Assembly (NCBI GenBank): GCA_001817065.1
Contig: MHHQ01000025.1
Coordinates: 119,777 to 183,776 of the forward strand
DNA from: Candidatus Andersenbacteria bacterium RIFCSPHIGHO2_02_FULL_46_16
Lineage (GTDB): Bacteria > Patescibacteriota > Andersenbacteria > UBA10190
Direction of reading: 5' to 3'
Length of the DNA stretch: 64,000 nucleotides
Part shown: positions 1-8,510 of the stretch, piece after piece
Layout: every line of letters begins with the position of its first letter
Position numbering within the stretch: position 1 is the stretch's first letter
Translations under genes and position numbers: made by a program
The notes under the pieces: generated by a model
What the model was told of the DNA's origin: nothing
What the model saw: the letters and a program-made list of their open reading frames with translations, nothing else
Database searches by the model: none

Positions 1-413
1 GCACTAACGCACCTGCTCCCACCACGCTCCATCTCCAGCTCAGCCGCATAACTTCCCGCAAGGTTCCATCATAACCAGTCGATAGTGCCCTGAGCAATGA
101 ACTGTTAAAACCTGTAATAGCTAAGACCGCCACTAAACTATAAATCGATAACAGGAGTTCGTATTGTCCCACCACTTTTAAATCAGTGAGCCTGGTAAGC
201 ATTACAATGATGCCTAATTCGCTAACCATTCTCGCCGCCTTTTCCAAGTTCAGCCAAAAACTGCTTTTTATTAAAAAATTCGTATCAACACCCAGCCATT
301 TATTTAGCATATGGCTACCCCACATAACATTTGCTCATAGCCTCAATTATATACTAACTTCATTCCCTGCTATTTTTCCTATCCGTTGCTCCACCAAGAC
401 CATACAAATATAG

Positions 414-651
414 ACATCACATCATGAAATGTCACTGCAGAATAAGCGGGTGGCGGCGCGGGGGTCCCCCACCGAGCGCCAGCAGCCCTGAGCCTGCCTA
501 CCGGTAGGCAGGCTTGCCTACCGGTAGGCAGGCTTGTCGAAGGGCGATGCCGTCGGATGGGGGAGCAGCGCCGACAGACCTGCCAGCCGAAGCCATAGCG
601 AAGGCTGGACCCGTTTCTTGTCTGGTGACTTTTCATAATGTGACACCTATA
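414..651. repeat. Repeat family A copy 1. GC-rich imperfect palindrome with about 23-bp terminal inverted repeats, carrying a 2x21-bp tandem insert (cctaccggtaggcaggcttg)
   Basis: The ends acatcacatcatgaaatgtcac...gtgacttttcataatgtgacacctata are inverted. The core gtcactgcagaataagcgggtggcggcgcgggggtcccccaccgagcgccagcagccctgagc matches the copies at 41389, 44351 (reverse complement) and 23165. GC content is far above that of the flanking DNA. Confidence 0.8.
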
Positions 652-686
652 CTTTGCTCCAGTTACAACCTCTAATAAAAACTATC

Positions 687-2084
687 CTATCGCAAAGTCG
701 AAAACATCGTCCGTAAGTAGACAATTATTTTGGAATTTTGTTGCGGCTTCTCCACCATCTGCTGCAAATTATTTACCACCTCATCATTTTGCCTACTGCC
801 GGAGGACCCATTCTGCAGTTGCCATATGTTGGGTAAACTCGTCTTTCTCACCTGCCTTTTTTCCTCTTTCGCAAATAGTTCCTCCACCATTTTTTCTCCT
901 GGCCGTCGCCCCACCACCTTAATCTTCACATCTTTATCCGGAATTAGATTGTGGCTCCGTATCGCACACTGCGCCACTTCATTCACTGAGATTAAGTCTC
1001 CCATATTCAGCACATAAATAGCACCCTGCGTCATCCTAGTCGCACTCATTATCACTAACTGCGCAGCCTCACGAATTGACATGAAGTACCTTTCCATTCT
1101 CTTATCCGTTATTGTCACCTCGCGTCTTTCTAATACCTGCCTGCTAAACATGGGCAATACCGATCCCTGAGAATTAATCACATTGCCGAATCTTACAATA
1201 CTAAAACTGGTCACCTCCGATCGTCGTTGCCTCACATACATTTCCGCTATCTTCTTTGTTGCTCCCATGACACTGGCCGGATTAACCGCTTTATCCGTTG
1301 ATACTTGCACGAACTTCTCCACCCCATTCCGCGTAGCTGCATCTGCCACATTCTTAGTTCCCAGTACGTTTGTCTTGATCGCCTCGCCCACATATTTCTC
1401 CATGAGATGTACATGCTTATACGCCGCGGCATGAAAGACTATCCTGGGTTTAACTTTTTTCATTATCTCTTCTGTCCGTGTCCGGTCAACCACACTACCC
1501 ATCATCAATTCATATTTTGACTTTTTAACTTTCGCTTCCTTTAATTCTTGTTCCAGCCCATAAACAAGCCACTCCGAATTATCCATTACCACTACCTTCT
1601 TAACTTTAAGTTCTAATAATTGCCTGACAATTTCCGACCCAATTGACCCTGCTCCACCTGTTACAAGCACAATTTTATTTTTATAATATTTCTCCAAACC
1701 GTTTATACTTCTTCGCACTGGCGGTCTACCCAGCCAATCCTCATCCGTCAGCTCTCTCACAGCCTGATACTGCACATCATTATGCCTAATCACCCGCTGT
1801 TCCCGCGGCACAATTCTAATCGGCACTCGATTATTTAAATTAAGCATCAATATTCGTCTGACTAGTGATCCCTCGGCTGACGGAATAGCTATCACCACTT
1901 CATCTACCTTGTACCGGCCAAGCACACCTTCTATTTCTTCAATTTTTCCTAAAATTTTAACATTAGCGCGGCTGATATCATCAATGAATCCCACCACCTC
2001 ACAATTGTGATAGCTATGTTTAATGTCTGCTTCCAATAACCGCCCGGCTATGCCCGCTCCAATTATGATGATTTTCTTTTTCAT
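687..2084 (-). CDS. CapD/PglF/WbpM-family nucleotide-sugar 4,6-dehydratase, soluble two-domain form (polysaccharide biosynthesis protein)
   Basis: N-terminal Rossmann motif IIIIGAGIAGR, a second VTGGAGSIGSE SDR domain, and a YKHV...STDKAVNP catalytic region typical of the CapD/FlaA1 family. The start is moved to MKKK at 2084. Confidence 0.7.
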   Translation of the reverse strand: MKKKIIIIGAGIAGRLLEADIKHSYHNCEVVGFIDDISRANVKILGKIEEIEGVLGRYKVDEVVIAIPSAEGSLVRRILMLNLNNRVPIRIVPREQRVIRHNDVQYQAVRELTDEDWLGRPPVRRSINGLEKYYKNKIVLVTGGAGSIGSEIVRQLLELKVKKVVVMDNSEWLVYGLEQELKEAKVKKSKYELMMGSVVDRTRTEEIMKKVKPRIVFHAAAYKHVHLMEKYVGEAIKTNVLGTKNVADAATRNGVEKFVQVSTDKAVNPASVMGATKKIAEMYVRQRRSEVTSFSIVRFGNVINSQGSVLPMFSRQVLERREVTITDKRMERYFMSIREAAQLVIMSATRMTQGAIYVLNMGDLISVNEVAQCAIRSHNLIPDKDVKIKVVGRRPGEKMVEELFAKEEKRQVRKTSLPNIWQLQNGSSGSRQNDEVVNNLQQMVEKPQQNSKIIVYLRTMFSTLR

Positions 2085-2212
2085 AGTCCATTCCCTATGT
2101 AATATTGTTCGTCCACTATGCCTTTTCTCCAATTATTTGCCTATTCCCCAATATTTACGCATCCGTTCAGAGTGCCCGAAATACGAAAAAAAAGCTATGA
2201 TTATCCTATCCT

Positions 2213-3649
2213 ATGCCACACCGATCTTTTTTTATGCCTGCCGCTCTAATCACCTCCTTCTTGATTCTGCTGATTCTCTCCCTACAATATCCCCTCAGTA
2301 CCACATTCCCCATCGGTGGTGACGCTGCTTTTTATGCCCGTCGCGCTCAGGTCGCTCTACAGTTCTTTGACGATCCCACCGCATCCATCCAAGCCCTTAA
2401 AAATTCGTGGTATCCGCTTTCTCTGGCCATTTTTTCCGCCACCAACATATTGCCGTTGGATTGGCCTAGCCGCTTTACTTGGTCAATGGTCATCGCCCAT
2501 GTCTCCGTAGGAATCTGCTTAGCTTTGCTCCTACGACGCATCGGAGGATGGCCTTCGGCCGCCCTAGTGATGATTATTTGGGCTGTAACAACTACCAGCA
2601 TTAACAGCAATTTTGAAGACGGTACACTCGCGCAATTAATCAGCTTTTCCTTCCTCGCTCTTTTTTTGGAACGCTTTACCGCTGGCGCTAAGTGGTCCGC
2701 CCTCCTCGCACTCATTGCCACGCCATTAACTCACCCCATAACTGGATTAGCACTGCTAGTCAGCCTGCTTGTTACGACTCCCGCGCTTTTTTCTGCCTGG
2801 TCATCACTAACCGCACCACATAAAAAACAGTTACTCCTGATCTGCCCGATCAATTTTCTTCTGCTTCTATTAGTGCTGTTCACCGGTAAATCTGTCTTTT
2901 CTACGTCCAAATATATAATTGGTGTAGCTAAGGACCCCTTCATCAATGTCCTGGTTTCTAGTTATGCCCCCTTTGTTACCCTGGCTCCCCTGGGACTGCT
3001 CCTCTTATTAAGATCTGCTGCTCCGACCACCGCTAAATACATCATTGCTATTCTCTTTAGCCTTTCCGTTATGCTAGCCGGTAATGATTTACTGGAGATT
3101 GCCGTCTGGACACAACGCCTCCTGCCTCTTTTTATTTTTTTTGTTTCTATTTTAGCCTCTTTATCGCTATCGCACATCATTCAAACCGTCTATAAAAGTA
3201 ATTTTTCTCGTGTTCTATTTAGTTTAGTTATCGTAGCCTATTTCTGTACCGCTGCCTGGATAAGCAACAGTCGCGTCTACCGTTATTACGAAAACCCTGC
3301 TAACTATGCCAGGCTGCACCCGGATGAACTGGCCGCCATGTATTGGCTTCGTGACCATTTAACCAAGAATAGTTATATCACTACCTCTGATAAAAACCGC
3401 CATACAGAGTGGCTGCCTGTCATTACTTCCCTGCAGTGGCTCGCTGTCTCACCCGATGATGAATCCCTAATTAACCCCACCAACGATCAGATTGATTCAT
3501 TGACTTATCGCAAACAAAAGTACGTTGCTTATTTTACCCAGCGCGAAAACATCCCCACTCCAGTCTTAGAGTCTCCGGGCCGATATCCTCTGGTCTTTTC
3601 TAATCAATCTGTAGCCGTTTATCATGTACCGCCCTACACCTATGAGTAA
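2213..3649 (+). CDS. Polytopic membrane protein of at least 10 TM segments, possibly a GT-C-type glycosyltransferase or polymerase
   Basis: Long hydrophobic ORF with a C-terminal soluble tail. I recognise no family motif. Confidence 0.45.
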   Translation: MPHRSFFMPAALITSFLILLILSLQYPLSTTFPIGGDAAFYARRAQVALQFFDDPTASIQALKNSWYPLSLAIFSATNILPLDWPSRFTWSMVIAHVSVGICLALLLRRIGGWPSAALVMIIWAVTTTSINSNFEDGTLAQLISFSFLALFLERFTAGAKWSALLALIATPLTHPITGLALLVSLLVTTPALFSAWSSLTAPHKKQLLLICPINFLLLLLVLFTGKSVFSTSKYIIGVAKDPFINVLVSSYAPFVTLAPLGLLLLLRSAAPTTAKYIIAILFSLSVMLAGNDLLEIAVWTQRLLPLFIFFVSILASLSLSHIIQTVYKSNFSRVLFSLVIVAYFCTAAWISNSRVYRYYENPANYARLHPDELAAMYWLRDHLTKNSYITTSDKNRHTEWLPVITSLQWLAVSPDDESLINPTNDQIDSLTYRKQKYVAYFTQRENIPTPVLESPGRYPLVFSNQSVAVYHVPPYTYE

Positions 3650-4019
3650 TAACTTTATCTCACGTCTCGCTGCCTACCTTCTCCTCCTCACTTTTGGCGG
3701 TCTTTTATTGCCTATCCCTAAAGTTTATCTGGCTACCATTCTTCTAGTTAGTTTACTACTTTACTTAGTTAATACAGCCATCACTCATCCATCGACCGTT
3801 CTAATTTTCCTTGTCTTCATCATTATCCCCTTGGTTGCCTTCCAAGTGCCCACTTTTATCCCTGCAACATTGCCTCCCTTGCACCAATTGGCAATCGCCA
3901 CCGCCCTGTGGGGCACGCTAATCAGCCTGCTTGTTTCAATCCTTTCCTTGTCTACCAGTTATATTCGATTACGCTTAGGTCAAACCGTTCCATCTCGGTC
4001 GGATCATGCTCCAAAGTAG
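3624..4019 (+). CDS. Small hydrophobic membrane protein (hypothetical)
   Basis: The ORF is 131 aa with 3-4 predicted TM helices. It overlaps its neighbours at both ends. Confidence 0.25.
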   Translation: MYRPTPMSNNFISRLAAYLLLLTFGGLLLPIPKVYLATILLVSLLLYLVNTAITHPSTVLIFLVFIIIPLVAFQVPTFIPATLPPLHQLAIATALWGTLISLLVSILSLSTSYIRLRLGQTVPSRSDHAPK

Positions 4020-4380
4020 CTAAGTTGGCGACAATCGATAGTTGCTGGCAAAGGCCTATCATTCCGTTGGTCACTCCATGGGGAATATGTAACAAACCAT
4101 AGCAATCTGTACTAAGATAGTATTCTTCAATCTGTCCACCAGTAGACGACTTTTCCCTTCCATCATATAGCACCACCTTGACTGCACCCGTTATGCAAGC
4201 ATAATTCAAGTCCATCTGTTTGTGTTTATGCCAAGCTTTTATCACCCCGTGATATAACGAGGTAAAGTAAATTTCACCGAACTGGCTATATGATTCATCT
4301 GACTTTTTCATCAACTGCCAAACTACACCCCGATCATCTGGGATTTTTTTTAATGTTTTATAAATTACTCCCTCTATCAT
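3952..4380 (-). CDS. RmlC-family cupin, an NDP-4-keto-6-deoxyhexose 3,5-epimerase-like protein
   Basis: PDDRG...F.E...K..GVIKAWHKH...ITGAVKVVLYD aligns with the RmlC core DERGFF...GVLRGLHFQ...RCVRGAIFDVAVD. The gene is co-directional with the rfbF-like gene. Confidence 0.55.
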   Translation of the reverse strand: MIEGVIYKTLKKIPDDRGVVWQLMKKSDESYSQFGEIYFTSLYHGVIKAWHKHKQMDLNYACITGAVKVVLYDGREKSSTGGQIEEYYLSTDCYGLLHIPHGVTNGMIGLCQQLSIVANLATLEHDPTEMERFDLSVIEYNW

Positions 4381-5450
4381 ACCTTCACTTTTATATCATC
4401 GATCATTCGTAGCGTATTCGACATCAATCCTGCCTGCATCATGGCCCGGTAACGCCTTAATGTATAGTAGCCATTAAATTTGCTATCCTCGTTATCAAAA
4501 CCGCGCTTCCTAAAAATTTGCACCAAGTCCTGCACCCCTTGATTAATTGACCATTTGGCTTGCCAGCCAGCTTGCTCTATCTTGTCAAAGCTTACTCGAT
4601 ACGTCCTCTCGTCTCGTGTGCTTTCACTTTTAATGATTATTTTACTGCCTGCTATCACTTGCTGTACTTTCGCGGCAATATCCCGGACTTGCCGGTTATT
4701 CGCTGCCTGACCGATATTAAACGCTTCTCGGCACACTTGCTCGGCAGGCGCTTCCATTAAAAACATAAACGCCTTAGCACAATCCATTACATGCAAATTA
4801 GGCCGCCATGGCGTTCCATCGCTTAAGACCTCTATACGGCCATTTAAATAACCATTGGCCGTCAAATCGTTTACGACTAAATCTAGACGCAACCGAGGCG
4901 AAAAGCCAAAAACTGTGGCATTGCGTAAAATTACTGGCACGAATCCATGGCTGGCCATTCGAACTAGCTCTTTTTCCATCATCACTTTGGACTTAGCATA
5001 GGCCGTTCTCGGATTTACTTTGTCTTTTTCAGTCACCACTTTCGGTCCGCTCGCTCCATAAGTACTGCAGGATGATGAAAATAAAAATCGCTCGATCTTA
5101 GCCTTCTTAGCAATTTCTGCTAATCTGACCCCCGCCTTAAAGTTAATATCGTAAGTCAGCTGCTGATCCAATTCTCCCAGTGGATCGTTGGATAAGCCCG
5201 CCAAATGAATCACCGCTTCACACCCTGCCAAGTCGTCTTTCTCTATGTCACGGATGTCCTTTTTTATTTGGACGGTGGCCGGCAGTCGAGGCACCATTTG
5301 CACATCTTCAAAAATGCCAGCATCAATTCCCACAACCTTATATCCCGCCTCGATCAGCAACCTTGTCAACACCGATCCTATGTAACCTTGGTTACCTGTG
5401 ACCGCTATTTTTCTCTTCCGCTCTGCTCCCAAGTTTTCTTTTGCTGCCAT
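4377..5450 (-). CDS. NAD-dependent epimerase/dehydratase (SDR) of a CDP-sugar pathway
   Basis: VTGNQGYIGSVL Rossmann motif and YAKSK catalytic dyad. It lies between the cytidylyltransferase gene and the cupin epimerase gene. Confidence 0.65.
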   Translation of the reverse strand: MAAKENLGAERKRKIAVTGNQGYIGSVLTRLLIEAGYKVVGIDAGIFEDVQMVPRLPATVQIKKDIRDIEKDDLAGCEAVIHLAGLSNDPLGELDQQLTYDINFKAGVRLAEIAKKAKIERFLFSSSCSTYGASGPKVVTEKDKVNPRTAYAKSKVMMEKELVRMASHGFVPVILRNATVFGFSPRLRLDLVVNDLTANGYLNGRIEVLSDGTPWRPNLHVMDCAKAFMFLMEAPAEQVCREAFNIGQAANNRQVRDIAAKVQQVIAGSKIIIKSESTRDERTYRVSFDKIEQAGWQAKWSINQGVQDLVQIFRKRGFDNEDSKFNGYYTLRRYRAMMQAGLMSNTLRMIDDIKVKV

Positions 5451-6190
5451 AGATTATTTAAGTATTGCACATCCTTTACCGTATTCATCGCATGCCAGAA
5501 TCCATCATGCCGATATTGTCCGAGCTTCTTCCTATCTGCCATTCTAGCTAATCCGTCTTCTAAAGCCTCGCCCACTCGTAAATACTTTAATGCTTCTTGC
5601 TCGAACACCATGAATCCGCCATTAATATATTCCTTCACCTTCGGTTTTTCCGCAAACTTTTTCACTACATCCCTCTTATCCGCCCAGACCTTACCGTAAT
5701 GTGATGACGGATGGGCTACCGTAATTGTTGCCTTAATACCCAAACGCTTTTTTTGTTTATTATGATAGCTGATCAACCTATCTAAATTTACATCACTCAC
5801 ATCATCTCCGTACGACACTAGAAACTGTTTATCCTTAATATATTTAGCCGCTATCAGTACTCTTTCCGCTGTATCTGCCAGCTCTCCCGTTTCAATTAGT
5901 CCTACCTTATAATCCCAGGGCATTTTATCAGTCAACAATTTTATCTCGCCGCCCACTAAGTCCACTTCAACATCATTAGCTGTTTTTACCAGATTAAAAA
6001 AATACTCTCTTATTAAATCACCGCGATAACCTAAACATAACAGGAATTCTTTATAGTCATACTGACCATAGAGGTTCATAATATGAATCAATATCGGCCA
6101 TTCACCCACTCTCACCATTGCTTTCGGTTTAAATTCAGTTTCTTCGTTCATGCGCCAACCACGGCCGCCACATAAAATTATTGTTTTCAT
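5405..6190 (-). CDS. rfbF: Glucose-1-phosphate cytidylyltransferase
   Basis: MKTIILCGGRGWRM...KPKAMV...GEWPILIHIMNLY...FLLCLGYRGDLIREYF closely matches the RfbF/DdhA N-terminus. Confidence 0.8.
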   Translation of the reverse strand: MKTIILCGGRGWRMNEETEFKPKAMVRVGEWPILIHIMNLYGQYDYKEFLLCLGYRGDLIREYFFNLVKTANDVEVDLVGGEIKLLTDKMPWDYKVGLIETGELADTAERVLIAAKYIKDKQFLVSYGDDVSDVNLDRLISYHNKQKKRLGIKATITVAHPSSHYGKVWADKRDVVKKFAEKPKVKEYINGGFMVFEQEALKYLRVGEALEDGLARMADRKKLGQYRHDGFWHAMNTVKDVQYLNNLWQQKKTWEQSGREK

Positions 6191-6541
6191 CTTATCACCT
6201 TAAGCGACGATCCCTCATTCCCGCAAGCTCCTTATTGTGTCTTTCCGTCTTGTCGTCCGAAGCTTTACGCATACGATGAAGCTGTAAAAAAGGTAACGCT
6301 AGAAAGGCAAAACAACAAATTAAAATCAAAATAATTAAGACTGTCATTGCATAGCGAAAGTTTTACACTATGAACCTCCCCGCGGCAAGACCGCGGGGAA
6401 TCATCTAGTTGAATTGATATTTTACGCTTTCCTTTTTACGTTTTTCCTTCTTTGATTATTATCACCTTTTTGCCATACCACACCTGACACTTGAAAATTT
6501 CCGATTTGTATCTACCTCCCACTTTCTAGTATTTTAGTTAT

Positions 6542-7528
6542 ATGAGTAAAATACTCGTCACTGGCGGTGCCGGATTTATTGGTGCCCACGTCGCTACCAA
6601 ACTGCTGGAGCGTGGCGACGATGTGGTTATTATTGATGATTTTAATGACCGCTATGACCCGCGATTAAAACATTTACGCTTTGAACACTTTTTTTCCGGC
6701 AGCCTCAAGCCCAAGTTAGTCACTGGTGATATTCGCGACAATGATCTTATCACGAAACTTTTTGACCAAGAAAAATTCAATCATGTCATTCATTTAGCTG
6801 CTTGGGCAGCCGTTCAAACCAGCATCGATAATCCCTACATATACACTTCTGTGAACGTGGATGGTACCGTTAATGTCTTTGAGGCCGCTCGTCACAACGA
6901 CGTCAAAAACATCGTTTTTGCTTCCAGCTCTTCCGTTTATGGCGGTCGTGATAAAGTTCCGTTCCAAGAAAAAGACGATGTTTCTCGTCCGATCTCACCT
7001 TATGCCGCTACCAAGGCAGCCGGTGAAATTATGTGCGCCACCTGGTATAACCTGTATCAAATCCCGATCAGCGCCCTGCGCTTTTTTACGGTTTATGGCC
7101 CCTGGGGTCGACCTGAAATGGCCATTTTTAAATTCTCTGAAGCTATCCTGCGTGGCCAGCCCTTGTTAATGCGCGGTCATCAAACTATGCGTGACTTTAC
7201 CTTTATCGATGATTGTGTACAGGGAGTCATTAGTGCCTTGGACCATCCGCACCAATTCTCAATTTTCAATTTAGGTGAATCAGACGCCGTGCCTCTGCCT
7301 CGTCTTATTTCCGCCCTGGAGCACTCTTTTAATAAGCCAGCTCTCATTCAAGAGGTTCCCTTACCGCCTGGCGATGTGCCACGTACTCTAGCTGATATTT
7401 CCCTAGCGCAAGCCATGCTGTCCTACCAACCTGTCACTAAAATAGAGGACGGCATAGCTAAATTCACCCAGTGGTATAAAGAGTGGTACATTCCTAACTT
7501 TCTTCCGGATTTAACCAATTCCCTTTAG
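6542..7528 (+). CDS. NAD-dependent epimerase/dehydratase, UDP-glucuronate 4-epimerase-like (GalE superfamily)
   Basis: ILVTGGAGFIGAHV, YAATKAAGE, FFTVYGPWGRPEMA. The gene is divergent from the rfbF operon. Confidence 0.7.
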   Translation: MSKILVTGGAGFIGAHVATKLLERGDDVVIIDDFNDRYDPRLKHLRFEHFFSGSLKPKLVTGDIRDNDLITKLFDQEKFNHVIHLAAWAAVQTSIDNPYIYTSVNVDGTVNVFEAARHNDVKNIVFASSSSVYGGRDKVPFQEKDDVSRPISPYAATKAAGEIMCATWYNLYQIPISALRFFTVYGPWGRPEMAIFKFSEAILRGQPLLMRGHQTMRDFTFIDDCVQGVISALDHPHQFSIFNLGESDAVPLPRLISALEHSFNKPALIQEVPLPPGDVPRTLADISLAQAMLSYQPVTKIEDGIAKFTQWYKEWYIPNFLPDLTNSL

Positions 7529-8232
7529 CTTTCGCCCTGTCCACTCCCTTCCTTCTGCCGCCACAAAGCATGCGGCGCTGCGGCGATTATAACCACGGCT
7601 AATAAATATGCCATCCCAGTAATTATAGCTCGGGTTGGATTCTCTATTGCTCCTTGCTTATATCGTTGCCACTTTTGCCGTCGACCGAACACCTGCATAC
7701 TAATATCGCCATTTTTCTTATTGCTGGCTATCCAATAGTTTCCCGCTGGGTATCTGCCATCATCCTTTTCGATAAATATCCGCGGTGCCTTGCCTTGTTC
7801 GTTACTGCTAATTTCTCTGCCGTCCATGGTTAATACATACTTACCTTCCCAAGCAGTTTCACTATCCAGCGGCAATGCTATTTCGTAAATTCCCTCGTTT
7901 TTTCCCGCTTCGTGATATTCGCTCAACCGCCATTGTTCTAAAACATTTCCTTCTTGCCTCAAACTAATTTCTACTGCCCCCGCTTCTTGTGGTATAAACA
8001 TCGGAATTATCAGTCTCGTCACTGGCGTTCGCTCGTTTATAACAAATTCCTGCGAGACATTAAACTGCGCATATATCTTTAAAGCAAATCCCGGGTCTCG
8101 ATATGCTAAAATATCAATTATTTTATATTCTTCATACTTCGTTGCCATCAACCACCCACTGCCTATTACGACAATTAATATCACTACCGATAATAAATAT
8201 CTTATTATCACAAAAATGATTTCTTTCTTCAT
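7525..8232 (-). CDS. Hypothetical bitopic membrane protein with N- and C-terminal TM helices around an extracytoplasmic domain
   Basis: The ORF-track start at 8241 is a GTG. The first ATG (MKKEII) is at 8232. Confidence 0.45.
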   Translation of the reverse strand: MKKEIIFVIIRYLLSVVILIVVIGSGWLMATKYEEYKIIDILAYRDPGFALKIYAQFNVSQEFVINERTPVTRLIIPMFIPQEAGAVEISLRQEGNVLEQWRLSEYHEAGKNEGIYEIALPLDSETAWEGKYVLTMDGREISSNEQGKAPRIFIEKDDGRYPAGNYWIASNKKNGDISMQVFGRRQKWQRYKQGAIENPTRAIITGMAYLLAVVIIAAAPHALWRQKEGSGQGES

Positions 8233-8257
8233 ACTTCCCACAATAACGGTACAATTA

Positions 8258-8505
8258 CTTAGGCGCCATCCAAAAATAACTTGGCCAGATCTCGTTCAAT
8301 ATGCGTCGAGATACGGCTTTTCCAATTGCCTGCCGGCCATAGCTTTCTTGACCACCGTAGCTTTAGCGAAGGTGGTAGCGACGGCTGGAGCGAACCACTC
8401 ACCGTAGCCAAGCTACGGTGAGTGGTTCGTGATTGAAGAAAAATCGTAAATTGGTGCATAGTGAACGAGAGATGGTCAAGTTATTTTGAGACGGTGACTT
8501 AAGCT
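8258..8505. mobile_element. MITE-like element B copy 1, with about 35-bp terminal inverted repeats and internal hairpins
   Basis: The inverted ends are cttaggcgccatccaaaaataacttggccagatctcg at one side and cgagagatggtcaagttattttgagacggtgacttaag at the other. The internal stem gaaccactcaccgtag/ctacggtgagtggttc is 15 bp and perfect. There is a second copy at 56767. The element fills the whole divergent intergenic gap between the gene that ends at 8232 and the gene that starts at 8511. Confidence 0.75.
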
Positions 8506-8510
8506 TATTT

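Noticed and set aside
478-540. Tandem 21-bp repeat cctaccggtaggcaggcttg x2, considered as a possible CRISPR fragment
   Set aside because: There are only two units, no spacers, and each unit is itself palindromic. It is a local duplication inside repeat A copy 1.
379-636. 85-aa ORF on the minus strand with an Arg/Pro/Ala-rich translation, and similar ORFs at 23122..23316, 41366..41581, 44594..44809 and 44719..44931
   Set aside because: All of them lie inside copies of repeat A. The GC-rich palindromic DNA creates spurious ORFs on both strands, there are no RBS, and the supposed proteins are low-complexity.
1183-1520. Multiple antisense or alternative-frame ORFs of 60-150 aa inside long genes throughout the window, for example 1183..1434, 11295..11693, 20946..21395, 36546..37007 and 49892..50392
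   Set aside because: They are fully nested within well-supported longer CDS on the other strand or frame, and they have no independent evidence.
6377-6398. Perfect 8-bp GC hairpin ccccgcgg-caagac-ccgcgggg between divergent rfbF and epimerase genes
   Set aside because: There is no following T-tract, and it sits between divergently transcribed genes, so it is not a terminator. It may be a regulatory or operator structure, but there is no further support.
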